Shown: positions 20,181-30,221 of the stretch, piece after piece
Numbering within the stretch: position 1 is the first letter of the stretch
Layout of the letters: each line of letters opens with the position of its first letter
Assembly: GCA_963822445.1 (NCBI GenBank)
Contig: CAWGHO010000001.1
Span: 1,440,001 to 1,504,000 of the forward strand
Length of the DNA: 64,000 nucleotides
Reading direction: 5' to 3'
Source: an uncultured Acidobacteriota bacterium
Lineage (GTDB): Bacteria > Acidobacteriota > Thermoanaerobaculia > Gp7-AA8
The notes under the pieces: model-generated
What the model saw: only the letters and a program-made list of their open reading frames with translations
What the model was told of the DNA's origin: nothing
Databases searched by the model: none
Translations under genes and position numbers: made by a program

Positions 20181-22499
20181 ATGAGAACGCGGGCGATCGT
20201 TCGCGAGAAGCCGTTCTGGCTTCTCGCCGGCATCTCATTGGTGCTGTTCTGGCGGCCGCTGACGACGGAGACGCTCTTCTTTCGCGATCTCTACCATCTC
20301 TACATCCCCAAGAAGCTTCACCTCGCGGCGTCCCTGCGGGATGGCGTGTTCCCGCTCTGGGATGTTCTGGCCCATGGCGGTCAGCCGTTCTTCGCGTCTC
20401 CGCAGACCGGGGTGATGTTCCCACTGAACATTTTCCTGTTCCTGCCTGACCCTCTTCACGGCTTCAACGTCATGCTCGTGATGCTGAGCGCCGGCTGCGC
20501 CCTCGCGGCTTACTGGCTCGCGCGCGTGCTCAACCTCGGTCCGCTGCCGGCTTTCGTCGCCGGAGCGATTTACGGCTTCAGCGGCGCTTCTCTGTCGAGC
20601 CTGAACCTGCCGATTCTGCTGATCGGGTTGCCATGGATTCCGCTCACTCTCGGCTTGACGTATCGGGCAGCAGCCGAGCGTCGATCGATCTTTCCAGCGG
20701 TCTTCTGTGCGGCAATGCCGCTCCTCGGCGGATCCGCGGAAGTGGCCGGCATCCTCTTTCTGGTCGTGCTGGTTACCGTTCTGGCGATGGCCCCATCGCG
20801 ACGGACGATCGTGTTGTTGATCGTCCTGGGTGCGGGCGCGGTGGGACTGACCCTCGTCCAGACCGTGCCGATCCTGACCACGATTGCCCAGTCGTCGCGG
20901 AGCGTCCGACGCAGCTACGAGAGTTTCACGTCCTGGTCGGTCCACCCGCGCCGGCTGCCGGAGCTCATCGTGCCGCGCTACCTCGGCGATACGGACTCGA
21001 TGGTCGAAAACCGTTATTGGGGCCGGCCCCTCGAGACGGGCGGCTTCCCGTACATCCTCAGCATCTATTTCGGCCTGCCTGTGCTGATTCTCGCCGTCGC
21101 CGGGGTGGCAGGCGTCGATGCGGGAGATCGCATTCCGCGAAGAACGCTCGCGGCGTTGGCCGGCGTCGCAATGGTCCTCACGTTGGGACGATACCTTCCC
21201 GGTTTCTCGCTCATCCACGAGCACGTGCCGTTGGTGACGACGTTCCGGTACCCGGTCAAAGCGATTTTTGCCGTTCTCCTTCCGGTCTCGCTGCTGGCCG
21301 CACGCGGTGCTCAGGTTCTGGCGATCTCGCGGCGCGGCCGGGTCATCGCCGGGATCGCGGCTCTGAGCGTCGCCTGCGTGTCGGGAGTCGTGGCGATCTT
21401 CGCCTACCGCAGCTCTACCGCCACGCTGGAGCAGTTCTTCGGGTTCGAAGCGCTTCCCGGCAGCGCGAGCTCCTCGATTGCGACCTCATTCCTACACACG
21501 GCGGTGACGGCCGGAGTGTTCGCGCTGATCTGTGCCGTGCCTCGCCTTCCCCTGATGACGATGCTGGCAGCGTTGGTCGCCGTGGACGTCACGGCTGCGG
21601 GCTTTCACCTCAATCCATCGGCACCCCGGTCGATCTTCGACGCTCCGCCGATCGCGGCGACGGTCCATCGGGCGCGCGATGGCGGCCGGTTTTATGCCGC
21701 GCAGCGACAGACGATCGTTCGCGCCCCGAGCGATGACCTCATGTGGCTGGCGCGGTGGCAGGTCGCCACGCTCGATGGCTACGACGCGGCCCTGTTTGGC
21801 ATCCCGGTCATCTTTCACGAAGACTACGACGGTCTGGCGCCGGCGCGGATGGCAAGGATGAGCCGCATCATCGAGGGCATTCCGTGGGACCGGCGGAAAG
21901 TGCTCCTCGACCGTGGAAACGTGCGCGTGTTCACTTCGCCCACGCCGGTGCCCTGGAGCGCCCACGCCCTCCTGTCGAAACTTTCGACCGGGGACCAGAC
22001 GATCTTCCTGTATGCGAATCCCTCCGCCGTGCCGGGGAGGTTCGCCGGGGCCGTGGAAGTCGCGGGCAGCGATACGGAGGCGCTGCAGAAGCTGCTCAAT
22101 GATCCCGATCCGACGAGAGTGATCCTCGAATCGGCGCCGGCGCATACCCCGGGAAAGTGCGGTGCAGCGCCGATTCGCGTGCTCTCACAATCCGCCGGAC
22201 GGGTGATGTACGCCGTGGACGCCCCTTGCGACGGCTATGTGGTTTTCTCCGAGAACCATTACCCGGGATGGAAGGCGCGTATCGACTCCGTTTCGGCCGA
22301 GATCGTTCCGGCCGATTACGGTTTCAGCGCCGTGGCTGTCCGGCGGGGGCGCCATCGAATCGAACGGCGTTACGTTCCGCCGGGCCTGGCCGCGGGGAGC
22401 GCGGCAAGTCTGGCCACGCTGTTCCTGCTCGGGCTTTTCGAGATCGGGGATCGACGTCGCCGGAAGAGCGGTCCCGGAGAGCCTGCACCGTCGCCCTGA
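20181..22499 (+). CDS. YfhO-family GT-C membrane protein
   Basis: FRD...PLW.....GQPF, multi-TM, FRYP.K, C-terminal ENHYPGWKA.ID..GRHRI. Confidence 0.8.
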   Translation: MRTRAIVREKPFWLLAGISLVLFWRPLTTETLFFRDLYHLYIPKKLHLAASLRDGVFPLWDVLAHGGQPFFASPQTGVMFPLNIFLFLPDPLHGFNVMLVMLSAGCALAAYWLARVLNLGPLPAFVAGAIYGFSGASLSSLNLPILLIGLPWIPLTLGLTYRAAAERRSIFPAVFCAAMPLLGGSAEVAGILFLVVLVTVLAMAPSRRTIVLLIVLGAGAVGLTLVQTVPILTTIAQSSRSVRRSYESFTSWSVHPRRLPELIVPRYLGDTDSMVENRYWGRPLETGGFPYILSIYFGLPVLILAVAGVAGVDAGDRIPRRTLAALAGVAMVLTLGRYLPGFSLIHEHVPLVTTFRYPVKAIFAVLLPVSLLAARGAQVLAISRRGRVIAGIAALSVACVSGVVAIFAYRSSTATLEQFFGFEALPGSASSSIATSFLHTAVTAGVFALICAVPRLPLMTMLAALVAVDVTAAGFHLNPSAPRSIFDAPPIAATVHRARDGGRFYAAQRQTIVRAPSDDLMWLARWQVATLDGYDAALFGIPVIFHEDYDGLAPARMARMSRIIEGIPWDRRKVLLDRGNVRVFTSPTPVPWSAHALLSKLSTGDQTIFLYANPSAVPGRFAGAVEVAGSDTEALQKLLNDPDPTRVILESAPAHTPGKCGAAPIRVLSQSAGRVMYAVDAPCDGYVVFSENHYPGWKARIDSVSAEIVPADYGFSAVAVRRGRHRIERRYVPPGLAAGSAASLATLFLLGLFEIGDRRRRKSGPGEPAPSP

Positions 22500-22535
22500 G
22501 CCCGAGATTGGCGCATGTTATCCTCGCGCGCCCGC

Positions 22536-23312
22536 ATGCCCCTGCACGAGAAAAAAGTCATCGCTGTCCTTCCCGCCTACAACGCCGAGCGGACGCTCCA
22601 GGCGACGTACGACGACATTCCGAAGGACTGGGTGGACGAGATCCTGCTGGTCGACGACTGCTCGCGCGACCGCACCGTCGAGCTCTCCCGCCAGCTCGGC
22701 CTGAAAACGGTCGTCCATCAGAAGAACCGCGGCTACGGCGGCAATCAGAAGACCTGCTACAACACGGCGATGTACGAGATGGGCGGCGAGATCATGGTCA
22801 TGGTCCATCCCGACCATCAGTACGACCCGACCATCATCCCGGAGCTGGTCAAGCCGCTCCTTCGCGGTGAGGCCGAGGCCGTGTTCGGCTCACGCATGCT
22901 TGGCGGCCGGCCGATCGAAGGGGGCATGCCGAAGTGGAAGTACTTCGCGAACCTCTTCCTGACCATGGTCGAGAACGCGACGTTCTACGTCTACCTCTCC
23001 GAATACCACTCCGGCTTCCGCGCGTATTCGAAGCGCTACCTGGAGACCGTCAACTTCGACGCGAACTCGGATGACTTCGTGTTCGACACGGAGATCATCG
23101 CCCAGGGCGTGGCCAAGGGGATGCGCATCCGCGAGGTGCCGATCCAGACCCGCTACTTCGACGAGGCCTCGCAGGTCGGCTTCATCAAAGGCTGCCGGTA
23201 CGGGCTGTCCATCCTGAAGACGATGTTCTTCTACAAGCTGCACAAGAAACGGATCTACTCGCATCCGATCTTTCGCGACCGCGTCGCGGCGCCGGCCACG
23301 GCCACCGCATAG
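22536..23312 (+). CDS. GT2 polyprenol-phosphate glycosyltransferase (DPM1-like)
   Basis: VLPAYN, LVDDCSRD, NRGYGGNQKT, HPDHQY, SGFRAY, FVFDTE. Confidence 0.88.
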   Translation: MPLHEKKVIAVLPAYNAERTLQATYDDIPKDWVDEILLVDDCSRDRTVELSRQLGLKTVVHQKNRGYGGNQKTCYNTAMYEMGGEIMVMVHPDHQYDPTIIPELVKPLLRGEAEAVFGSRMLGGRPIEGGMPKWKYFANLFLTMVENATFYVYLSEYHSGFRAYSKRYLETVNFDANSDDFVFDTEIIAQGVAKGMRIREVPIQTRYFDEASQVGFIKGCRYGLSILKTMFFYKLHKKRIYSHPIFRDRVAAPATATA

Positions 23313-23318
23313 GCACCT

Positions 23319-25691
23319 GTGAGCGAAACGCGCCGTCACGACACGATCGCCGTCGCGATCCTCGCGCTTCTGGCCACGGTGCTCTTCATCGACGTTCTGA
23401 TCGGCACGCAGAACTTCTACATGCGCGATCTGACGCGCTACTACTACCCGACCAAACAGATCCTTCGGGAGATCGTGCAGAACGGCGAGTTCCCTTACTG
23501 GAACCGCTACTTCTCGGCCGGCCAGCCCATCGCCGCGAATCCCGAGCATGAAGTCTTCTACCCCTTCACCTGGCTGATCCTCCTCCCCAGCTACGACCTC
23601 GGCTACCGCCTGCACATCCTCGTGCACATCTACATCGGCCTCCTGGGCATGTACGCGATGCTGCGATCGATGGAGCTGCGCGCGAGCGCGGCCTTCTTCG
23701 GCGCCTTCGCGTTCGGTCTGGGCGGGCTTTATCTGTCGTACATCAACCTGCTGCCGATTCTCTTCTGCGCGGCCTGGCTGCCGCTCACCTGTCTCTACGT
23801 GCGCAAGTTCATGCTCACGCCGAGTCTGCGGGCCTTTTCACTGGCTTCGTTGTTTCTGGGGATGCAGTTCCTCGTCGGCGAGCCGACGACGGTGATGCAG
23901 ACCGGCTTTCTGATCGGCATGTACGCGCTGTACCGCGGGTGGTACGCGGCGCGGGATGCGGAAGGGTCCGCGACGTCGGCGGTGCCGGAAATGCTGTCGC
24001 GCGTTGCGATGATCGCTCTCATCTCCATCGCCGCGATCGCGATTGGCGCGGCACAGATGATCTCGGCGGTCGATCACGTCGGCGATTCCGCGCGCTCGCG
24101 CGTTTTCGACTACAGCCTCGTCAAGGCGTGGAGCATGCCCTGGGCAAAGTTCGCGGAGCTCATCTACCCGAACTTCCTCGGCCACATCGCCATCGACAGA
24201 GTGATGTGGTACTGGGCGGGCGGTCTGTATCCGGGAATGGGCTCGCCATTCCTTTTCAACATCTACATCGGCCTGCTCGTCTTCTCCCTGGCCATGGCCG
24301 GCTTCTTCGTCCGTCCACGCGGCGGGCGGTTCGTGCTCATCCTCTGCGTCTTCTCGCTGCTGATGGCGCTCGGCGGCCACACGCCCTTTCTGAAGCTCCT
24401 CTACGAAGCGGGGATCGCCACGTCGATCCGCTATCCGGAGAAGTTCGTCCTCATTGCCATCTTCGCGGTGATCGTCTTCGGCTCGCAGATGCTCGATCGC
24501 ATGCTGCGCGGCGATGAAGAGGTGCGGGATGCGGCGATGGGATTCGTGCTGGCCACGACTGTCGTCGCCGCGGCGATTGCCATCGCCGGATTCACGCCGT
24601 ACTACGGTGAAGCCTTCTCGAAGATCTGGGGAATCAGCGGTGCGCCCGGCAAGACGATGATCAAGATGTCGCACCACGGGTGGCTGATCGCCATGGCGCG
24701 TGGCGCGATTCTCTTCGCTCTGCTCTGGGCCATGCGCAAGATGAAGCCGCAGTGGTGGGTGGCGGCGCTGGCGATTTTCACGGTTGCGGATGTCTTTCCC
24801 GTCGTGCATCAACTCAATCCCCGCATGCCGGCGCATTTCTTCACCACCACACCGACCGCAGCGAAGGTGTTTCCCGCGAATCGCGAGCCCTTTCGCGTCT
24901 TTCATGAAGCCGACTGGTATGGCCAGGAAGAGATGGCCCGCAAGTATTTCTCGACCGGCGAAGCGGTCTACTGGGTCGTGCGCAATGGTCTGTTTCCGAT
25001 GACGCCCGTCAACCACGGTCTGCGCATGGTCATCGAGCGCGATTACGACAAGACCGCGCTGATCCCCAGCATCGAATTCACCGATTCGGTCTGGGACGTG
25101 AAACGCGCCGGCCGCAGCGACTGGTGGGAGCCGTTCGTGGCCATGTCGAACGCCTGGTACCGCGCCGTTTACCGGCCGTTCGCCGAGGAGAAGAAGCGGG
25201 TGAAGGGGAACCTCAAGGCGGCGCAGGCGATGGACTTCGTCGAGCTCGAGCACCATCCGCGTTATTACTTCGCCGATCAGATCGTGACCATCCGCGATCG
25301 CAAGGACTTCGTGAAGAAGCTCGTCGACAACAGCTACAGCAAGCGCGTGGCCTTCGTGCGCAACCCCGCGTTCGTTCCCGCGCGCGGCAAAGTGCTCGGA
25401 TATCGCGAGACCGCGAACACGGCGGTCATCGACGTCGAGAGCTTCGGCAAGGGCTATCTGGTGATGAGCGTGACGCCGCACAAGTACTGGCGGGTCATGA
25501 TCGACGGCAAGCCCGTCACCCCGCTCGTGACGAACATCGCTTACCAGGGCGTTGTCGTTCCGGCCGGCCGACATCGCGTCGAGATGCGCTACCGGAACAC
25601 CCTCGCCGCGGGGGGCGCGAAGGTTTCCATCGCCGCCGCGGTTCTGCTCCTCGCCGGCGCGTTTCTGCCGCGCCGCAGACTGCGACGATGA
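23319..25691 (+). CDS. YfhO-family GT-C membrane protein
   Basis: MRD..YYYP, PYWN...GQP..ANP, RYPEK, C-terminal W...IDG...PAGRHRVE.RY. Confidence 0.82.
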   Translation: MSETRRHDTIAVAILALLATVLFIDVLIGTQNFYMRDLTRYYYPTKQILREIVQNGEFPYWNRYFSAGQPIAANPEHEVFYPFTWLILLPSYDLGYRLHILVHIYIGLLGMYAMLRSMELRASAAFFGAFAFGLGGLYLSYINLLPILFCAAWLPLTCLYVRKFMLTPSLRAFSLASLFLGMQFLVGEPTTVMQTGFLIGMYALYRGWYAARDAEGSATSAVPEMLSRVAMIALISIAAIAIGAAQMISAVDHVGDSARSRVFDYSLVKAWSMPWAKFAELIYPNFLGHIAIDRVMWYWAGGLYPGMGSPFLFNIYIGLLVFSLAMAGFFVRPRGGRFVLILCVFSLLMALGGHTPFLKLLYEAGIATSIRYPEKFVLIAIFAVIVFGSQMLDRMLRGDEEVRDAAMGFVLATTVVAAAIAIAGFTPYYGEAFSKIWGISGAPGKTMIKMSHHGWLIAMARGAILFALLWAMRKMKPQWWVAALAIFTVADVFPVVHQLNPRMPAHFFTTTPTAAKVFPANREPFRVFHEADWYGQEEMARKYFSTGEAVYWVVRNGLFPMTPVNHGLRMVIERDYDKTALIPSIEFTDSVWDVKRAGRSDWWEPFVAMSNAWYRAVYRPFAEEKKRVKGNLKAAQAMDFVELEHHPRYYFADQIVTIRDRKDFVKKLVDNSYSKRVAFVRNPAFVPARGKVLGYRETANTAVIDVESFGKGYLVMSVTPHKYWRVMIDGKPVTPLVTNIAYQGVVVPAGRHRVEMRYRNTLAAGGAKVSIAAAVLLLAGAFLPRRRLRR

Positions 25692-27112
25692 TGGACCCGG
25701 CCGAAGCCGCCCGGAAGAAGCGACGACACAGAAACGAACGGATCGTCGCCGCGCTGATCGTTCTCGCGACCGCCGGTCTCACGGCCGCAGCCGTGTACTG
25801 GCACCGCAGCCAGGAAGACGCGGTTCTGCGCGACGCGAGCTACATCCCCAAGGTCGCGGTCATCACTCCCGAGATCGAATTGCTCCGCGAGTACGTGCGC
25901 ATCGACACGACCACGCCGCAGGGTGTGGGAGAGGGGGCGCGCTGGCTCACCGCGCAGCTCGCGAGATTCGGCGTGCGCGCGGAGCTCATCGAGTCGACCG
26001 ATGGACGGCTCAATGTCTACGCGCGCATCAAGGGGCGCGAAGCCGGCGGCGGACTGCTGCTCTTCAATCACATCGACGTCGTGCCGCCCGGTGACGGCTG
26101 GAGGAAACCGCCCTTCTCCGCCGAGATCGAGCTGAATCAGATGTATGGGCGCGGCACCCTCGACATGAAGGGAGTGGCCCTCACGCAACTCCTCGCGTTC
26201 GGCGCCGTGGCGCGAAGCGGCCGCGTTCCCGAGCAAGACCTCGTGTTTCTCGCGACCGCTGAAGAGGAACAGGGCAGCCGCAACGGACTGCGCTGGCTGC
26301 TCGAGCACCGCCCCGACATCATCGAAGGCATTCAGTACGGCATCACCGAAGGCGGATTGACCGAGGTGATGACCGAGAAGATGACCTACTTCGGCATCGA
26401 GGTCGGCGGCAAGCAACTGGTGGAACTGACCCTTGCCGCCGGCGATGAGGAATCGCTGCGGCAGGCGCGCTTCGTCCTCCAGCGCTACGTCGTGCGCCGC
26501 GAGCCCGATCGCGTGCTTCCCGAAGTCCGCCAGCACTTTCGAGACATCGCGCCGACCCGGGTCAGCGCCGGTCCCTATCTCGCCGACATCGACCGCACCA
26601 TTGCCCAGGGCGATTACTGGCGTCTTCCGTACAGCTACCGCGAGTTCGTCTCGGACTCTCTCTGGCTCAAGGCACCCGCCAAAGGAGACCGCGACTGGAG
26701 GATGTTCGTCCGGATGGTCAACCTGCCGGATGCCGATCCTGATGCGCGCATCGAATGGCTGCGAGGACAGGTCGCGAAGTTCGGTGTGACCATCGCCGAG
26801 GTCCACGAAAAGCAGGGGCCGGTGCCGATGTCCAGCAGCGACACACCGCTCTTCCGGATCCTGGCCGCCGAGGCCCGGCGGCGGTACGGAGTGGACGCGG
26901 GCGTTCAGATCCTCTTCCGGTCGCAGTCTGATTCCAGGTTTCTCAGGCCGCTGGGGATCACCTGCTACGGCGTCTCCCCGTTCGCGGTCGATTACTTTCA
27001 GTCGCTCTCCATCCACGGCCGTGACGAGCGCATCCGTCTGGACTGGTTCGGTCAGGGCGTCGAATACATGAACCGGGTGGTGCAGGCCTGGGCGCTTCCC
27101 GCTCGGCGGTGA
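25688..27112 (+). CDS. Membrane-anchored M20-family metallohydrolase
   Basis: N-terminal TM; HIDVVP, GRGTLDMKG, AEEE, TEGG, IHGRDER. Confidence 0.85.
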   Translation: MMDPAEAARKKRRHRNERIVAALIVLATAGLTAAAVYWHRSQEDAVLRDASYIPKVAVITPEIELLREYVRIDTTTPQGVGEGARWLTAQLARFGVRAELIESTDGRLNVYARIKGREAGGGLLLFNHIDVVPPGDGWRKPPFSAEIELNQMYGRGTLDMKGVALTQLLAFGAVARSGRVPEQDLVFLATAEEEQGSRNGLRWLLEHRPDIIEGIQYGITEGGLTEVMTEKMTYFGIEVGGKQLVELTLAAGDEESLRQARFVLQRYVVRREPDRVLPEVRQHFRDIAPTRVSAGPYLADIDRTIAQGDYWRLPYSYREFVSDSLWLKAPAKGDRDWRMFVRMVNLPDADPDARIEWLRGQVAKFGVTIAEVHEKQGPVPMSSSDTPLFRILAAEARRRYGVDAGVQILFRSQSDSRFLRPLGITCYGVSPFAVDYFQSLSIHGRDERIRLDWFGQGVEYMNRVVQAWALPARR

Positions 27113-27125
27113 CAGTATTTGTCAC
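27109..27125. promoter_or_regulatory. Candidate bEBP (PilR-type) enhancer site upstream of pilin
   Basis: Perfect palindrome GTGACA-gtatt-TGTCAC followed by degenerate copies, about 100 bp upstream of the sigma54 promoter. Confidence 0.55.
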
Positions 27126-27219
27126 GCGCTTCCGACACAAAACGTCAGAAAGATGTTACGACGGCCGGGCCTCGGCCGCTAAGTCAAACGTACCCAATGA
27201 GATGACATTCGCCAGCTCC

Positions 27220-27235
27220 TGGCAGTTCGATTGCG
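27220..27235 (+). promoter_or_regulatory. sigma54 promoter of major pilin
   Basis: TGGCAGTTCGATTGCG, GG-N10-GC; GAAGGAGG SD follows. Confidence 0.75.
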
Positions 27236-27262
27236 ATTAGGGGAAGGCTTGAAGGAGGATCA

Positions 27263-27748
27263 ATGAACAGGAAACAGAAAGGTTTTACCCTGATCGAGCT
27301 GCTGATCGTCGTTGCGATCATCGGCATTCTGGCTGCGATCGCCATTCCGAACCTTCTGACCGCGATGCAGCGCTCGCGTCAGAAGCGGACGATGGCCGAC
27401 ATCCGCAGCGTCGCCACGGCGTGGGAAGCGCGCGCCACCGACATGAACACCTACGCGCTTGCAGGTCTCAGCATCCCGGCGTGGGGCACGCCGACCACCT
27501 CGGCGCTCGCCGGCGCGCTGTCGCCGACGTACATCAAGTCGATGCCGCGCAACGACGCCTGGGGCACCCAGTTCAGCGTCGGAGCTGACGAAGCCGCCTA
27601 CGTCATCGCCTCGTACGGCAAGGACACGACCCCGGACGAAGCCACCGGTACGTCCGTCACCCCGGGTGCGACGCAGAAGTTCGATAACGACATCATCTTC
27701 TCGAACGGCAGCTTCCTCACCTATCCCGAGGGTGTCCAGAACCAGTAA
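27263..27748 (+). CDS. Type IV pilin / GspG-like (probable major pilin)
   Basis: KG|FTLIELLIVVAIIGILAAIAIP prepilin site; DAWG and SYGKD motifs. Confidence 0.9.
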   Translation: MNRKQKGFTLIELLIVVAIIGILAAIAIPNLLTAMQRSRQKRTMADIRSVATAWEARATDMNTYALAGLSIPAWGTPTTSALAGALSPTYIKSMPRNDAWGTQFSVGADEAAYVIASYGKDTTPDEATGTSVTPGATQKFDNDIIFSNGSFLTYPEGVQNQ

Positions 27749-27775
27749 CAGCAGCAACAAACGCCCATTTACTCG

Positions 27776-27811
27776 ACGGGCGGCCTTCATGGAAGGCCGC
27801 CCGTTTCGTTT
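27776..27811 (+). terminator. Intrinsic terminator between the two pilins
   Basis: ACGGGCGGCCTTC-atg-GAAGGCCGCCCGT-TTCGTTT. Confidence 0.75.
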
Positions 27812-27833
27812 ACGCCCGAGAGGGAGCACGTTG

Positions 27834-28310
27834 ATGCAGAGACAACGCGGCTTCACGCTCATCGAACTTCTCATCGTCGTTGCCATCATCGGAATCCTGG
27901 CGGCCATCGCCATTCCGAACCTGATGGCGGCGATGAGCCGAGCGCGTCAGAAGCGAACTATGGCCGACATGCGAGCGATGGCCGTTGCCTGGGAGGCACG
28001 GGGCGTCGATGAGGGGGATTACGGCCTGGCGGGTCTGACGGTCTGCTGCACGACCCCCATCGCGGCGGAAGATCTCCGCGACGCGCTGACGCCGACCTAC
28101 AGCAAACTGTTCGTCGAGACGGACGCGTGGAGCACCCCCATCGCGTACACGACCAATGCTGACGGCAGCTCCTACCTCATCACCTCGTACGGCCGCGACC
28201 GCAAGGTCGATTCGACGTTCGTCGGCGGCGGGACGCAGAGCTTCGACCGCGACATCATGTACAGCAATGGTTCCTTCGTGCAGTATCCCGAAGGAGTGCA
28301 GGCCCCGTAG
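27834..28310 (+). CDS. Second type IV pilin paralog
   Basis: RG|FTLIELLIVVAIIGILAAIAIPNL; collinear with the upstream pilin. Confidence 0.9.
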   Translation: MQRQRGFTLIELLIVVAIIGILAAIAIPNLMAAMSRARQKRTMADMRAMAVAWEARGVDEGDYGLAGLTVCCTTPIAAEDLRDALTPTYSKLFVETDAWSTPIAYTTNADGSSYLITSYGRDRKVDSTFVGGGTQSFDRDIMYSNGSFVQYPEGVQAP

Positions 28311-28314
28311 AGGC

Positions 28315-28402
28315 AGTGATTAGTGGTTAGTCGTTAGTGGTTAGTAGAACCAGCCGTCCTAACGACTAATCACTAACGACTAGTCACTAACCACTAACGA
28401 CT
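28315..28402. repeat. Fold-back element of heptamers AGT(G/C)(A/G)TT
   Basis: AGTGATT AGTGGTT AGTCGTT AGTGGTT AGTAGAACC ... AACGACT AATCACT AACGACT AGTCACT AACCACT AACGACT; between convergent stops. Confidence 0.9.
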
Positions 28403-28405
28403 GCA

Positions 28406-29041
28406 TCAGCCGCCCTGCTTTTCCCGGTTCACCGCGTTCAGGCTCGCGTAGAGCCGTTCGTGCACGGTGAGCGCATCGCGGTAGATCTGCGGAAACTGCG
28501 GCATGTCCTTCGTCGCCACGACCAGGTTCACGCCGTAGAGAAACGCCGCGTTCCCGTCCAGCGTGCGCAGGTTATCCGCCACCAGTACGAAGAATGACTT
28601 CCGCCGGTCGACGGGAGTGAGCGAGATGATCGCCGCCATCGCTTCGAGAGGCGGCGGCGTGATCTGCGGCGGATTGATGAAGACGACGTGCGGATACTCC
28701 TGCATGTAGTACTCGCGAGCCTGGCGCGCCTCGGCGTGATAGACCGGCAGATAGCCGATGAGCTTGGCCGCCTGACGCAACGCCGCGTCGTCTTTTCCGA
28801 CGATCAGCGCTTTCTCGCCGAAGTCATTCGCGTGATCGTCATCGTCCGCCGCTCCAGCAGCGCTCTGCGGCTGCGGCGTTTCGACCGGAACGGCCGGCCC
28901 GCCCGCTCCCTCCAGGTTGCGCCGGTCGACAGTGACCTTGGCCTTGCACACCGGGCAGGGAAAGGAGACCTCGCGCATGGGCAGCTTGGTCTCGTCGAGC
29001 GAGAGCGGCTTCTGGCAACTCGTGCAGTTGATCTTGATCAT
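28406..29041 (-). CDS. Zinc-ribbon (MJ0042-like) domain protein with REC-like C-terminus
   Basis: CTSC...CPVC; RRK.FFVLV...RTLD..AAF motif; downstream of pilT. Confidence 0.75.
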   Translation of the reverse strand: MIKINCTSCQKPLSLDETKLPMREVSFPCPVCKAKVTVDRRNLEGAGGPAVPVETPQPQSAAGAADDDDHANDFGEKALIVGKDDAALRQAAKLIGYLPVYHAEARQAREYYMQEYPHVVFINPPQITPPPLEAMAAIISLTPVDRRKSFFVLVADNLRTLDGNAAFLYGVNLVVATKDMPQFPQIYRDALTVHERLYASLNAVNREKQGG

Positions 29042-29043
29042 CG

Positions 29044-30191
29044 CTACTCCAGCATCGAACATCGATGTCCTGGTCCGGCTCCGGTGCCCCCTCGGGCTCA
29101 TCGGTCATGCGCAGGGCCAGGTTGGTGGGATTCGTCGCGTACGCCATGGCCGTCTCTTTCGAGATCATCTTCGCGTTCCACATCTTCTCGATCTCGTCGT
29201 CGAAGGTCTGCATGCCGTCGACCTGCCCGTCATGCATGGCGTCGGTGAGCGAGCGTCCCTTCCGACTCCCCTTTCATGACGTAGTCGCGCGTGCGCATGG
29301 TCGACTTGAGGATCTCCAGCGCGGCCACGCGGCCGCCGCCGATCTTCGGCAGCAGGCGCTGGGAGATGACGTAGCGGAACGACTGCGAGAACCGCGTGCG
29401 GATCTGCGGCTCCTGATCTTTCGGGAAGACGCCGACGATGCGGTCGATGGTCTTGGCCGCGTCGATGGTGTGCAGCGTGGAGAGCACGAGGTGGCCCGTC
29501 TCCGCCGCTTCCATGGCGATCTCGATCGTCTCCACGTCGCGCATCTCGCCGATGAGGATGACCTTCGGCGCCTGGCGCAGCGCGGCGCGCAGGGCGAGCG
29601 AGAAGGTCTTGGTGTCCGCGCCCACCTCGCGCTGGTTCACCGTCGACTTCGCGTGCTGGTGCATGTACTCGACAGGGTCCTCGATGGTGATGATGTGGTA
29701 GGCCTGCTCGTGGTTGATCTCGTTGATGATCGCGGCGAGGGTCGTGGACTTGCCCGAGCCGGTGGGGCCGGTGACGAGCACGATCCCGTTCTTCAGCTTG
29801 GCGATGTTGTAGATCTCGTGCGGCATCCCCAGCTGCCTCGACGCGTGGGGATGCCCTTCGGGGATGACGCGCAGGACGATCGGCGTACGTGCCGCGCTGC
29901 GAGAAGATGTTCACGCGGAAGCGGGTCTTCTGCGGAATCGAGTAGGAAAGGTCGACCGAGCCGTTGCTCATCAGCGTGCGGGTGAGCTCGCGATCGCCGC
30001 GCAGCATGTGCATGGCGATGATCTCGGTCTGGAACGGCGTGAGCCGCGGCAGGCCGGGAAAGTTCACCGGCACCAGCTGGCCGTCCACTTCGACCTGCGG
30101 CGGCGCGCCCGACCGAGAAGTTGAGGTCGGATACCCGGTCGGAGATCTTCAGCATCGCCTCGAGAATGGCGTCGAGATTGAAATTTTTCAT
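29044..30191 (-). pseudogene. pilT: PilT/PilU retraction ATPase, several frameshifts as sequenced
   Basis: Pieces across frames: VSDLNFSVG, RFRVNIFSQRG, GPTGSGKSTT, TIEDPVE, ALRQAP..ILIGEMRD, AAETGHLVLSTLHT, GMQTFD. Confidence 0.88.
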
Positions 30192-30221
30192 GGCGGGAAG
30201 CCTCGGCGGAGCATTGTAACG

